Part shown: piece by piece, positions 19,814 through 29,759 of the stretch
Position numbering within the stretch: the first letter of the stretch is position 1
Layout: each line of letters starts with the position of its first letter
Assembly (NCBI GenBank): GCA_963555755.3
Contig: OY820905.2
Location: forward strand, 1,280,001 to 1,344,000
Direction of reading: 5' to 3'
DNA from: Nitrospirales bacterium
GTDB taxonomy: Bacteria; Nitrospirota; Nitrospiria; Nitrospirales; UBA8639
Length of the DNA stretch: 64,000 nt
Made by a program: the position numbers and the translations under genes
Notes under the pieces: model-generated
What the model saw: the letters and a program-made list of their open reading frames with translations, nothing else
What the model was told of the DNA's origin: nothing
Database searches by the model: none

Positions 19814-19846
19814 AAAATCCCCCTAACCCCCTTTTCCAAAGGGGGA
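19814..19846. repeat. Family D REP (AAAATCCCCCTAACCCCCTTTTCCAAAGGGGGA)
   Basis: Other copies at 46697 and 48901. Confidence 0.8.
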
Positions 19847-19899
19847 CCTCTATTGGGCAACCCGTAGAAGGCAATGGGGAAGAACACGTTCATTAATTG

Positions 19900-21009
19900 A
19901 TGACTCACCACGACCGTTCGACTATCACCAAGATTCAACTCTGGACTCTGGACATTCCCACCACCGACCCGTTTGTCGTCGCCACGGGCCAGTTGCGCAC
20001 TGCGCAGAATATCTTTGTACACATCACCCTTCAGGATGGATCGGTCGGCTATGGCGAAATCGCGCCGTTTACGGATTTAACCGGGGAGACGGTGGAAGGC
20101 AGTGTCACGACGGCTCAAACACTTGCCACCTCTTTGCTTGGAACCCCTGCTACACATTACCGGCGCTGCGCTCAACAGTTTCAGGAAATGGCCCCGGAAT
20201 TTCCTGCCGTACGATGCGGCATCGAAACCGCCTTGCTCGATGCCTTCTGCCGATCCGCCACTATTCCTCTTTGGGCCTTGTGGGGTGGCGCGGATGTGCG
20301 AGAGCGCGAAACGGATATCACGATTCCGATTACCGATCGCACTCGGACGTTGGCTCTCGCGAAAGAATGGTATGCGAAAGGCTTTCGCCTGTTCAAAATG
20401 AAAGTCGGGCATGACGTGGATGAAGACATTCGTCGCATCGAAATCATTCACCAACATTTTCCTGATGTCACATTTTTGGTTGATCCCAATCAGGGGTTTC
20501 GTCGTGACACCGCCACGACTTTTATTGAAGGCGTGAGAACAGTTGGCGGCACCATTGTTCTTTTGGAACAGCCTTTACCGAAAGATGATCTGGAAGGGTC
20601 CGCATGGTTGCGCCACACTTTTCACATTCCGATTGCGGCGGATGAGTCCGTACGAACGGTGGCTGATGCGCAACGCGTCATTCAGCATCAAGCCGCCGAT
20701 TTCATTAATTTAAAAATCACCAAGAGCGGGGTCATGGAGATCTTGGACATTGTGTCCGTAGCCAAAAGCTCTGACGTAAAGCTGATGATTGGTGGGATGG
20801 TAGAAACACGTGTGGCCATGGGATGTTCATTCGGTCTCGTGCTCGGGTTGGGCGGCATCGAATACGTGGACCTGGACACCCCACTGCTCCTGGCACGAGA
20901 TCCAGTGGAAGGTGGATTTGCCTACAAGGGCGCCTGGTTACAACCTTGGGCGGGATCCGGGTTGGATGTCAGTCTGACTCCCCCTGCACATTTGATTGTC
21001 ATCGAGTAA
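19900..21009 (+). CDS. Dipeptide epimerase (muconate cycloisomerase/enolase superfamily)
   Basis: FKMKVG, VDPNQG, EQP, ADES, NLKITKSG, DLD. Confidence 0.9.
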   Translation: MTHHDRSTITKIQLWTLDIPTTDPFVVATGQLRTAQNIFVHITLQDGSVGYGEIAPFTDLTGETVEGSVTTAQTLATSLLGTPATHYRRCAQQFQEMAPEFPAVRCGIETALLDAFCRSATIPLWALWGGADVRERETDITIPITDRTRTLALAKEWYAKGFRLFKMKVGHDVDEDIRRIEIIHQHFPDVTFLVDPNQGFRRDTATTFIEGVRTVGGTIVLLEQPLPKDDLEGSAWLRHTFHIPIAADESVRTVADAQRVIQHQAADFINLKITKSGVMEILDIVSVAKSSDVKLMIGGMVETRVAMGCSFGLVLGLGGIEYVDLDTPLLLARDPVEGGFAYKGAWLQPWAGSGLDVSLTPPAHLIVIE

Positions 21010-21250
21010 AATGGTTGTGAGAGAAGGGTGCCTGTTTGAACCAAGCTAGGAACTGCTTCGAGATTTGAGCACCTGCCATGTGTGACACGCCTCACAGCCG
21101 ACATGTGAGGATTTGACCTTGACGAAGAGGATACCAGGCTCTATGCTCCATCAGTTGTCACCCGCTGAACAGCCCTTCATGAGGTCAACTTCCACTGCTT
21201 ATGGCACCTCTGTTTCTTTACCTAATCGCCATCGACGATTGGCAACCTCG

Positions 21251-22156
21251 ATGCCACGCATGCACTACCTCAAAATTCTTATTCTGACACTGCTTCTTTT
21301 CTTACCTTGGGTCCCCACGAACCTCCCGTCTGTTCATGCTCAGACCACGCACGTCAACTCAAATGTCGATAACCCGGAAGCCGTGATCAGATTACTGGTT
21401 GAGGCCAATGCCAACAAAGACCTTGCAACCATGAAAAAATACATGGGAGGAGCCACACACGGCGTTGGCTATACCATCGGCGGGCGAAAGTTTGTGGGAT
21501 GGGAGGAATTGGCCAGTGCGATGGAAATGGAATTCCGTACTGTCGAACAATTAATTATTCCCATTACGGCGCTTCAGGTTTGGCAGCGAGAGAACATCGC
21601 ATGGTTTGCCATGGAATTGGATTACACGCGAGTGACCAAGGGCCAAAACGGCCTGACCACCACCGTGATTCCGTTGCGTGAAACCGGGGTCTTGGAACGA
21701 CGAGAGGGATCCTGGCAACTGGTCAATTGGCATGAAAGCCTACAAAAACCCATGGGAATCGCAACCCTCACCACAGAAAGGCCATCAACCGAATCCCTTT
21801 CCAAAGTGGCAACAAAAACACTGGATTTGAGCGGCGTTTGGGAAATTCAAGAAGAAGACAAATCCTATCAAGCCACACTCAACGCAGAAGGAAGCGGTTC
21901 ATACACTCAAGAACAGGGAGTGTTCACTACCACGCAAATCGATGGCCGGTTGTGGTCAGGAACCTGGGAACAAAAAGGCAACGATCGGGAAGGCGGGTTT
22001 GAAGTACTCCTCTCTGAAGACCATGCGACCGCCGAAGGAGTGTGGTGGTACACGCGTGTCGAAGAACACAAAAACATCCCCCCTCGAATTTATGGCGGAA
22101 CGTACTTATTTACACGAATTGGTCCAGCCGAAACTCAAGAGACCCCGCAGGATTAG
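21251..22156 (+). CDS. Exported SnoaL/NTF2-like domain protein with C-terminal beta domain
   Basis: Signal peptide; RETGVLERREGSWQLVNWHES; start uncertain. Confidence 0.7.
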   Translation: MPRMHYLKILILTLLLFLPWVPTNLPSVHAQTTHVNSNVDNPEAVIRLLVEANANKDLATMKKYMGGATHGVGYTIGGRKFVGWEELASAMEMEFRTVEQLIIPITALQVWQRENIAWFAMELDYTRVTKGQNGLTTTVIPLRETGVLERREGSWQLVNWHESLQKPMGIATLTTERPSTESLSKVATKTLDLSGVWEIQEEDKSYQATLNAEGSGSYTQEQGVFTTTQIDGRLWSGTWEQKGNDREGGFEVLLSEDHATAEGVWWYTRVEEHKNIPPRIYGGTYLFTRIGPAETQETPQD

Positions 22157-22231
22157 TTCAACACACTACGTTATGAACACCAACACTGACTTACACAGAC
22201 AACGTACATTCTTTCGAGAAGGAGATCTTCA

Positions 22232-23230
22232 ATGCGTCACCTTATATTTGGGCTAGCATGCCTATTCCTCACAACAACCGTCGCTCTGGCGCATGAAAAG
22301 AGCCATCAACATCAGCAGGTCCCGACATTAGACAAAACCACGACCACGGTAACCATGGAAGAAGACAAAGTCACCATCACCTTTGGACCCATTGACCTCC
22401 CTGCTGGGCACGAAGGAGACCTCGCGGCAAGCATGCCCAGACATTTTTTCAACATGCCGGAACTCCGATATATGACCGGGTATAAAGCTGAAGTCTTTAC
22501 TATGGAAGACGGCCCGATGCCCAAAGAATATCTTCACCACCTCCTCCTCCTTGATATGGATGAACCCAGTATTTCTTGTCCTGGAGAACCCTTATTCATG
22601 GCTGGAGCCGGAATGGAAATGACGGACACGCGATTCCCCAGCGGCAATGGTGTGAGACTTGACCCTTCGCATAAACTCATGACCTTGGTGGCCTTTTATC
22701 ATAAGGTCCCACCAACGAAAAATGTGTATGCACGATTTACAATGTATCTGGCACCCAAAGGGGCCAAAATGGCGCCATTAGAGGTCTACCAAGTGGGAGT
22801 CAATGTCGTCTGCTTTAGTAAATTCGATCAACGACCCTCCAATCAAAGCGATGAAGGTATTAGCATCCAACCAGGCGTCCAAGTCAATACTGCGCCGCTT
22901 CGATTTTTGGTGGATGGTTGCGTGAAGTATGCCTACCCGCATAGCCACAACGGAGCATTGTTGGTTGCCTTGGAAAATCGAACCAGCAATAAAACTTTGC
23001 TTCGAACCGTGCCCAAAGTCACACAAGATGGAACGCTCATTGAATTTCCTCTTGATCAGGTCTATTCCGATGCCCAAGGTTTTTCGGTGAACACCAAAGA
23101 AGATTATGAAATGGTGCTGGTCCATCACCGACCACTTCAGCAAAAGTCCGAGGCCTGGGGCATGGGCAATTACCTGCTCTACATGACTCGCGGGGAATGC
23201 CAAACCCTCGCGAAAAACACCGCACCGTAA
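22232..23230 (+). CDS. Secreted copper type II ascorbate-dependent monooxygenase-like (PHM/DbM-like) protein
   Basis: Signal peptide; LHHLLL, TRFPSGNGVRL, FYH, IQPG, YPHSH, GMGNY occur in PHM ligand order. Confidence 0.65.
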   Translation: MRHLIFGLACLFLTTTVALAHEKSHQHQQVPTLDKTTTTVTMEEDKVTITFGPIDLPAGHEGDLAASMPRHFFNMPELRYMTGYKAEVFTMEDGPMPKEYLHHLLLLDMDEPSISCPGEPLFMAGAGMEMTDTRFPSGNGVRLDPSHKLMTLVAFYHKVPPTKNVYARFTMYLAPKGAKMAPLEVYQVGVNVVCFSKFDQRPSNQSDEGISIQPGVQVNTAPLRFLVDGCVKYAYPHSHNGALLVALENRTSNKTLLRTVPKVTQDGTLIEFPLDQVYSDAQGFSVNTKEDYEMVLVHHRPLQQKSEAWGMGNYLLYMTRGECQTLAKNTAP

Positions 23231-23387
23231 GGGTTCGCGCAAGAATAACTTTCTCTGTTTGGGGGCTGAGACGCCTGTCTGGCAAGGCGCGAGGACTGCG
23301 CATACTCCTCGTATGGAAAGGACGAGCAACGCCGCCAGACGGGATGGATCGACGCCCAAACATGGGAAGTTATTTTTGCGCAAGCCC
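23231..23387. mobile_element. Family A MITE at a stop codon, TAA duplication
   Basis: Near-identical to 707-864; left TAA is the stop of 22232-23230. Confidence 0.85.
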
Positions 23388-23400
23388 TAATGAAGAACAA

Positions 23401-23486
23401 CTTCGTGATGCGTAAAGCGTAATGCGTGAGGAAGAAAGGACAACTATTTTTCTCCTACGTTTTACGCATCACGCATTATGCATCAC
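23401..23486. repeat. Heptamer inverted repeat (CGTGATG/CATCACG)
   Basis: CGTGATGCGTAAAGCGTAATGCGTGA ... TTACGCATCACGCATTATGCATCAC; similar at 432-528 and 57538-57620. Confidence 0.7.
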
Positions 23487-23547
23487 ATCCACCCGCATGT
23501 TTCCCCATTCCCTTGCAACAACCTGAGTCGCTGGTTAGGATAAGACC

Positions 23548-25116
23548 ATGATCCGCGACACAAGACCCACCGAGGTAACATCCATTTCACGTTCCATTTA
23601 CAAGAAAGGGATTATTGAGATTCTGCCTTTCTTATTGTTTCTTTTCGTCTTTCCACCGTTGGCCTTCAGCCAAAATCTGGAATCGTTTGAACAACGCGTC
23701 ACCGAACACACCTTGCAAAACGGGTGGACATTCATTTTGGTTGAACGGCCCGTCGCACCGGTCTTCGCCTTCATGACACGAGTGAATGTCGGGTCTGCGC
23801 AAGAGGGCGCCGGCGTGACCGGACTCGCGCATATGTTCGAACACATGGCCTTCAAAGGCACACCGAGACTCGGTACCAAGGACTACCCCAAGGAAAAAGT
23901 TGCACTAGAAAAACTTGAACAGGCCTATCTCGCCTACCAGGAAGCGCGCCTCGATGCTCAAGCCGACACCCAGCACGTCAAAGAACTCTTTACAACGTTT
24001 AAAGAAAAGCAACGAGCCGCTTCACAATTCGTAAAGAAAAATGAATTTGGTGATATTATCGAACGCGAAGGTGGCGTGGCGCTCAATGCCTTCACCAGCG
24101 CGGACGTGACCGGCTATTTCTATGCTTTGCCGTCGAATAAAATTGAATTGTTTGCCTATCTCGAATCCGAACGATTCTTGCAACCTGTGTTTCGTGAATT
24201 TTACGAAGAACGCGATGTGGTGATGGAAGAACGGCGTATGCGAACAGAAAGCCGTCCCATTGGCCGACTGTTAGAGCAGTTTACCGCCACATCGTTTACG
24301 GCCCATCCGTATCATCATCCCGTCATTGGCTACGCCAGCGACATTCAGTCCTATACGATGACCGACGCACGCGAGTTTTATGAAACCTATTACGTGCCCA
24401 CGAACATGGTCACGGCCATTGTCGGCGACATTCATCCCAAGACGCTGATCCCACTGTTGGAAAAGTATTTTGGACGAATTCCCTCGGCACCGAAATCGCC
24501 TTCACTTCGAACCGTCGAGCCGGCATCCACAGCAGAAAAAATCATTATACTCAAAGATCCGTCACAACCGTTTTACATCGAAGGGTATCACAAGGCTTCA
24601 ATCACCCATGCAGATCAGCCGGTTTTCGATGCGATCGATGATATCCTGACGAACGGCCGCACTTCACGTTTCTACCGTTCGCTCGTACGGGACAAAAAAA
24701 TTGCCATCTCCGCGGGCGCCTATGGTGCCTACCCTGGCGAAAAATATCCGCACCTGTGGGTGCCCTACGCCGTTCCAGCACGAGGCGTGGAAAACCAAAT
24801 GGTTCAGAAAGCGATTCGAGAAGAACTTGAACGACTCAAGACGGAAGACGTCACGGATGAAGAATTAGCCAAATTCCGCACCCGAGCCAAAGCCAGCTTA
24901 ATTTATTCATTAAAGAGCAATCTTGGCCTCGCCATGAGTTTGACCGACTATCAGACCCTGTTTGGTGATTGGCGAGAACTCTTCCGCTACATCGAACGGT
25001 TCGATACAGTCACCAAGGCTGACATTCGCCGAGTGGCCAATCACACGTTTAAGGCATCCAATCGAGTGGTCGCACAAATCGAAACCATCGCACCTCCAAC
25101 ACGTCAACCTGAATGA
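23548..25116 (+). CDS. M16 zinc peptidase, catalytic subunit
   Basis: GLAHMFEHMAFKGT (HxxEH); LNAFTS; EER. Confidence 0.92.
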   Translation: MIRDTRPTEVTSISRSIYKKGIIEILPFLLFLFVFPPLAFSQNLESFEQRVTEHTLQNGWTFILVERPVAPVFAFMTRVNVGSAQEGAGVTGLAHMFEHMAFKGTPRLGTKDYPKEKVALEKLEQAYLAYQEARLDAQADTQHVKELFTTFKEKQRAASQFVKKNEFGDIIEREGGVALNAFTSADVTGYFYALPSNKIELFAYLESERFLQPVFREFYEERDVVMEERRMRTESRPIGRLLEQFTATSFTAHPYHHPVIGYASDIQSYTMTDAREFYETYYVPTNMVTAIVGDIHPKTLIPLLEKYFGRIPSAPKSPSLRTVEPASTAEKIIILKDPSQPFYIEGYHKASITHADQPVFDAIDDILTNGRTSRFYRSLVRDKKIAISAGAYGAYPGEKYPHLWVPYAVPARGVENQMVQKAIREELERLKTEDVTDEELAKFRTRAKASLIYSLKSNLGLAMSLTDYQTLFGDWRELFRYIERFDTVTKADIRRVANHTFKASNRVVAQIETIAPPTRQPE

Positions 25117-25126
25117 ACACATTAAT

Positions 25127-26602
25127 ATGACTTCCCGAACAACGTATTCCAGAGGAACGGCAACGCCCCACACCCACATACTGGCTCACGCGCTTGTGGT
25201 GTTCGCGACCTGCCTTCTAGCCACTCCGGGGTGGACCCAAGTCGAGCGAGTCGAGCAACTCAGCTTTCCGCCACTACCCGAAATCATCATCCCCGAACCC
25301 ACGCGAGTGGTGTTGGATAATGGTCTCCTAGTCCTTCTGTTAGAAGATCATGAATTACCGATCGTGTCGGTTTCAGCCAGAATTCGAACAGGATCTCGCC
25401 TCGAGCCTAAGGATAAAATCGGGCTGACTGGATTGACCGGAACCGTGATGCGCAGTGGTGGCACCACCACGCTGGCCGGCGACAAGTTGGATGATTATTT
25501 AGAAGGCAAAGCCGCGTCCATTGAAACCGGTATTGGCACCACCGTAGGCACCGCCTCAATGAGTAGCCTGATCGAAGACTTCGAAGAAGTGTTCAAGGTC
25601 TTTGTCGATGTTCTCAGGCATCCAAGCTTCGCTCCTGAAAAATTGGCGATTGCGAAAAACCAGGTCATGTCGGGGATCGCCCGACAGAATGATAACCCGA
25701 ATGGCATTGTGTCACGAGAGTTTGCCAAACTCGTGTATGGAACACACTCTCCTTATGCCTCCCAGGAAACGTATGCCACGGTTGGAAACATTACTCGTGA
25801 CGATCTCATCGCCTGGCATAAAAAATATTATCACCCGAATCGAATGATTCTCGGTCTCGTTGGAGATTTCAACACGAAAGAGGCACTGGCCCTCGTCAAA
25901 CGGGTGTTTGGGGAATGGCCGAAAGGTCCGAAATTTTCCGACCCCGAAGTACCCTTTCAACAATCCACAACACGCGGCGTCTACTATGTTGAAAAGAACG
26001 ACATGACGCAGGCCAAAATCATCATTGGCCACATGGGACTCATTCGAAAGCATCCGGACTATCATCCGGTTGTCATCACGAATCAAATTTTATCCGGGTC
26101 TTTTGGGGCACGACTGTTTTCCAGCATCCGATCCAAGAAAGGCTTGGCCTACGATGTCCATGGAGGGGTGGGGTTTGGGTGGGATTATCCGGCCACCGCA
26201 AATTTCTCGATGTCCACCAAAACCGAAACCACGCAGGCGGGAATTGATGCACTCATCGAAGAAGCCCATAAAATTATGAAGACCGAACCGCCGACCGATG
26301 AAGAAGTGCAAAACGCCAAATCCAGCCTCTTAAACTCCTTTGTCTTTTCTGTGGATTCCCCAGGCAAAGTCCTAGGGAAATTCCTCACCTACGAATACTA
26401 TGGCTACCCCTCGGATTGGATGACTCGGTTTCGCAATGGCATTGAACGTGTCACCACGGAGCAAGTCCGACGGGCCGCGCAACTACATATTAAGCCAGAT
26501 CAATTTGTGATCTTGGTGGTCGGCCCTCGCAAAGGAACCGCCCCGGCACTCGCTCGTTACGACCATGTTCATGAGCTCGACATTTCCATTCCAGAGTCGT
26601 AA
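25127..26602 (+). CDS. M16 peptidase, non-catalytic subunit
   Basis: LDNGL..LLEDHELP; no HxxEH; RLF..IRSKKGLAY. Confidence 0.88.
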   Translation: MTSRTTYSRGTATPHTHILAHALVVFATCLLATPGWTQVERVEQLSFPPLPEIIIPEPTRVVLDNGLLVLLLEDHELPIVSVSARIRTGSRLEPKDKIGLTGLTGTVMRSGGTTTLAGDKLDDYLEGKAASIETGIGTTVGTASMSSLIEDFEEVFKVFVDVLRHPSFAPEKLAIAKNQVMSGIARQNDNPNGIVSREFAKLVYGTHSPYASQETYATVGNITRDDLIAWHKKYYHPNRMILGLVGDFNTKEALALVKRVFGEWPKGPKFSDPEVPFQQSTTRGVYYVEKNDMTQAKIIIGHMGLIRKHPDYHPVVITNQILSGSFGARLFSSIRSKKGLAYDVHGGVGFGWDYPATANFSMSTKTETTQAGIDALIEEAHKIMKTEPPTDEEVQNAKSSLLNSFVFSVDSPGKVLGKFLTYEYYGYPSDWMTRFRNGIERVTTEQVRRAAQLHIKPDQFVILVVGPRKGTAPALARYDHVHELDISIPES

Positions 26603-26653
26603 GTTTTTTATTACAACTGCCACCTAATTTTCCTCAAGTGGTTTAACTTAAAA

Positions 26654-27541
26654 ATGCGACGGTACCCTATCTTCTCAATATGTATTCTATCGACTCTCCT
26701 CTTAGGATTCGTCGGATGTACAAGTAACCCATACACCAACCGTTCTCAACTCCTGTTAAGTTCGGAAGGGCAAGAAATGCAAATGGGCGAACAAGCCTAT
26801 GCTGAGATTCTCAAAGATCCCAAAATCGTTATTTCAACAAATCCTGCTGAAGTCGATCCGGTTCAACGGGTCGCAAAACGGATTATTGCTGCAGCCAAGC
26901 AATCTAAATTTGCTAATCTGGCAAAAAAATTCTCTTGGGATGTCCAAGTCATCAAGGATGACAAAATGAAAAATGCCTGGGCCTTACCTGGTGGAAAAAT
27001 GGCTGTCTACACGGGCATATTCCCGGAAGCGAAAAACGAAAATGGATTGGCTGCCATTATGGGACATGAGGTGGTCCATGCTTTAGCTCGACATGGGGCT
27101 GAACGACAAAGTCAAGTTCAACTTGGTCAACTTGCACTCATTGGGGCGGCAATAGGGTTAGAAGTAAAAAAAACCAGTGATAATAAAAAACGGGCCATGA
27201 TGGCCGCCTTAGGTGTAGGGCTTCAAGTAGGACTACTACTACCCTATAGCCGAACTCATGAATCAGAGGCGGATTATATCGGGCTATTGCTCGCTGCCGA
27301 GGCCGGATATGATCCACGAGAATCCGTGCAACTCTGGCAACGCATGGCGCAATCATCCCAAGGTGCACCACCGGAGTTTCTTTCCACTCATCCCGCGAAT
27401 GAAACACGCATTTCTGACCTTCAAAAATGGATGCCCGAAGCCATGGACATCTTCGAACGTTCAAACAAAGCCTCAGTGTCGGCACTTCCAAAAATCACTC
27501 CGCCTCCCCCGAAGAAAAAGCCTGCCCAACAAAAACAATAG
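26654..27541 (+). CDS. M48 metallopeptidase lipoprotein
   Basis: Lipobox VGC; NAWALPGG; GHEVVH; SRTHESEAD; FLSTHP. Confidence 0.92.
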   Translation: MRRYPIFSICILSTLLLGFVGCTSNPYTNRSQLLLSSEGQEMQMGEQAYAEILKDPKIVISTNPAEVDPVQRVAKRIIAAAKQSKFANLAKKFSWDVQVIKDDKMKNAWALPGGKMAVYTGIFPEAKNENGLAAIMGHEVVHALARHGAERQSQVQLGQLALIGAAIGLEVKKTSDNKKRAMMAALGVGLQVGLLLPYSRTHESEADYIGLLLAAEAGYDPRESVQLWQRMAQSSQGAPPEFLSTHPANETRISDLQKWMPEAMDIFERSNKASVSALPKITPPPPKKKPAQQKQ

Positions 27542-27561
27542 TCATTCCAAATACGTTTCAT

Positions 27562-27732
27562 AAACTCGAAATCCGAATATCGAAATACGAAACAAATCTG
27601 AAATACAAAACTCGAATGTTCCAAACAGGTCATTTGGGATTGTTGCGGGTTTCGAGATTCGAGTTTCGAAATTGGTCTTCTTATTTGATCATTCGAATTT
27701 GTTTCGGATTTCGATATTCGAGCTTCGGATTT
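27562..27732. repeat. Heptamer inverted repeat (ATCGAAA/TTTCGAT type)
   Basis: CGAAATCCGAATATCGAAATACGAAACAAAT ... ATTTGTTTCGGATTTCGATATTCGAGCTTCG. Confidence 0.75.
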
Positions 27733-27835
27733 ACTCTATGGTTCCCCCGCCATCAGCTGAGAAACCGGAAGTTTATTGAAATAGCTACAACCAACATTTG
27801 AGTTTGCGATTATTGGCCGCTATGCTCTGGAACCT

Positions 27836-28882
27836 ATGGCCTCCCAGCTTTTGATTCCCAAAGTTCATCTGCTATCCGCCTTTGTTCTGCTCACGCTTAC
27901 CGCGTGCGGTGGAAGCGGAGAAGCGGTGGTCGAGGTCGCACTACATCCTACCAAGCCCAACATCTTATACATCGCAACGAATGACTACATTTTTAAAACG
28001 CGCGACAAAGGCAAAACCTGGAAAAACGTATCCAAGGGCATGACCCATTCCCGTGTGATTTCGCTTGCGGTAGACCCTCTACTTCCAGCCAACGTTTATG
28101 CCGGGACCAAGGGCGATGCCGTCTTCAAAAGTTTTAGTGGCGGACAACAGTGGCGATCAAGAGGGACTGGGCTCGCAAGCATCACCATCACCTCTGTGGT
28201 GCATGAGTTGAAATTTGTTCCAGGATCCAGTCAGCATCTGTTTGCCGCCACATCGATGGGCGTATTCGAAACCGAAAACGGTGGCGATACGTGGATCAAA
28301 CGCATGGAGGGCATGATTGAAGTCCTCATGGTGGTAACGGTGGATGTGGATCCCAACCAACCTCAAACCTTGTATGCGGGAACAACCGGTGGGGTATACA
28401 AATCCATCGATGGCTCCAAGACATGGATAAAGGTCAACAGCGGACTCGTACCGCCAGATATCCTCAAATCTTCTCGGGCACTCAACGTCGTGAAAATCAA
28501 AATCGATCCGCATCACCCCGACACCGTGTACGCCGCTACATTGAAAGGGCTGTACAAAACCACTGATGGCGGAAACTTCTGGCAACGCATTGCCGAATCC
28601 CTCCCCGATCAATTTTTCAGCGACCTCGTCTTGGATTCGGCCCATCCCGATGTGTTGTATGTAGCCAGCCGCAAAGGCATCCACAAAAGCCTCGATGGAG
28701 GAGTAACCTGGCAAGTGATGAATGAAGGATTAACCAATCTGAATATCCGCGCCATGGCAATCAGCACCAAGAACCCACAAACCTTGTATGCCGGCACAAA
28801 CCTCGAAGGCCTCTTTCGCTCCCGAAACGGCGGCCAGTCCTGGGAACCGGTTCCGCTCAAACTATCCACACCACCAGCTTAG
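27836..28882 (+). CDS. BNR/Asp-box beta-propeller lipoprotein (YCF48-like)
   Basis: Lipobox LTAC; seven S/TxDGGxTW-type repeats. Confidence 0.85.
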   Translation: MASQLLIPKVHLLSAFVLLTLTACGGSGEAVVEVALHPTKPNILYIATNDYIFKTRDKGKTWKNVSKGMTHSRVISLAVDPLLPANVYAGTKGDAVFKSFSGGQQWRSRGTGLASITITSVVHELKFVPGSSQHLFAATSMGVFETENGGDTWIKRMEGMIEVLMVVTVDVDPNQPQTLYAGTTGGVYKSIDGSKTWIKVNSGLVPPDILKSSRALNVVKIKIDPHHPDTVYAATLKGLYKTTDGGNFWQRIAESLPDQFFSDLVLDSAHPDVLYVASRKGIHKSLDGGVTWQVMNEGLTNLNIRAMAISTKNPQTLYAGTNLEGLFRSRNGGQSWEPVPLKLSTPPA

Positions 28883-29158
28883 CCACACACAGGGACGCCA
28901 GATGGATGGGTAGCGGACAGTGCCATCTTTTTTTATCCTGATTTGCCCCTCTTTCGCACCTCCAACCTTGTCATTTCGAGTCCTACGAGAAATCTTTCCC
29001 TCAATAGAGGTTACACGCTTTAGATTTCTCACACACTCCCGTCCCTGCTCCATTGCAAAAGCTTCATAGGATCGTTAGTCTGTACATGACATTAACAGCA
29101 ACCACGATTTCTAATTAATCGAAAACATCCACATTGTCATTTTTCAAGGAGAACAACC

Positions 29159-29437
29159 ATGGCAAAAGCACGTGCCCGGCATATCTTGGTTTCGACCGAA
29201 GAAAACTGCAATGCCTTGAAAACCCAAATTGAAGGCGGTGCCGATTTTGCGGAGTTGGCCAAGGAGCATTCCTCCTGTCCTTCGGGGAAACAAGGTGGCG
29301 ACTTGGGCGAATTTGGTCCAGGCCAAATGGTGAAGGAATTTGATGCGGTGGTATTTCACGAGGAGCTGGGGAAAGTCCACGGCCCGGTGAAAACTCAGTT
29401 CGGGTACCATCTGTTGGAAATTACGAGCCGCTCATAG
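29159..29437 (+). CDS. ppiC: Parvulin-type peptidyl-prolyl isomerase
   Basis: ARHILV, SSCPSGKQGGDLGEF, TQFGYH; AAGGAG RBS. Confidence 0.95.
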   Translation: MAKARARHILVSTEENCNALKTQIEGGADFAELAKEHSSCPSGKQGGDLGEFGPGQMVKEFDAVVFHEELGKVHGPVKTQFGYHLLEITSRS

Positions 29438-29503
29438 TTTCGCCTTCTTTTTTGCTCTGCCAACCCTGGTGTAGATTCAGAAGTATAGAAAAATAGTCTC
29501 TGA

Positions 29504-29636
29504 TTCCCCTCCTTTGTAAGGAGGGGGTAAGGGGAGGTAGAAGCGAACATTTGTAACTGGCACCTCCAATTTTGCATTTGGTTACCAAACGTCCGACTTT
29601 ACCCCACCTTTATCCTCCCCTTACAAAGGGGAGGAA
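29504..29636. repeat. REPIN-like pair (family E)
   Basis: TTCCCCTCCTTTGTAAGGAGGGG ... CCTCCCCTTACAAAGGGGAGGAA; same family as 18032-18477. Confidence 0.75.
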
Positions 29637-29759
29637 GGGAAGACGCTCCCCCACCGAAAACATAAGAAAGCGTCGGCTTACCCACACAATTTTCTGAAGA
29701 GGCTAGTTTTTCCTGCTTGACCTTTCGAATCTCCTGGCTCACGCTTAACTCATTTCCTT

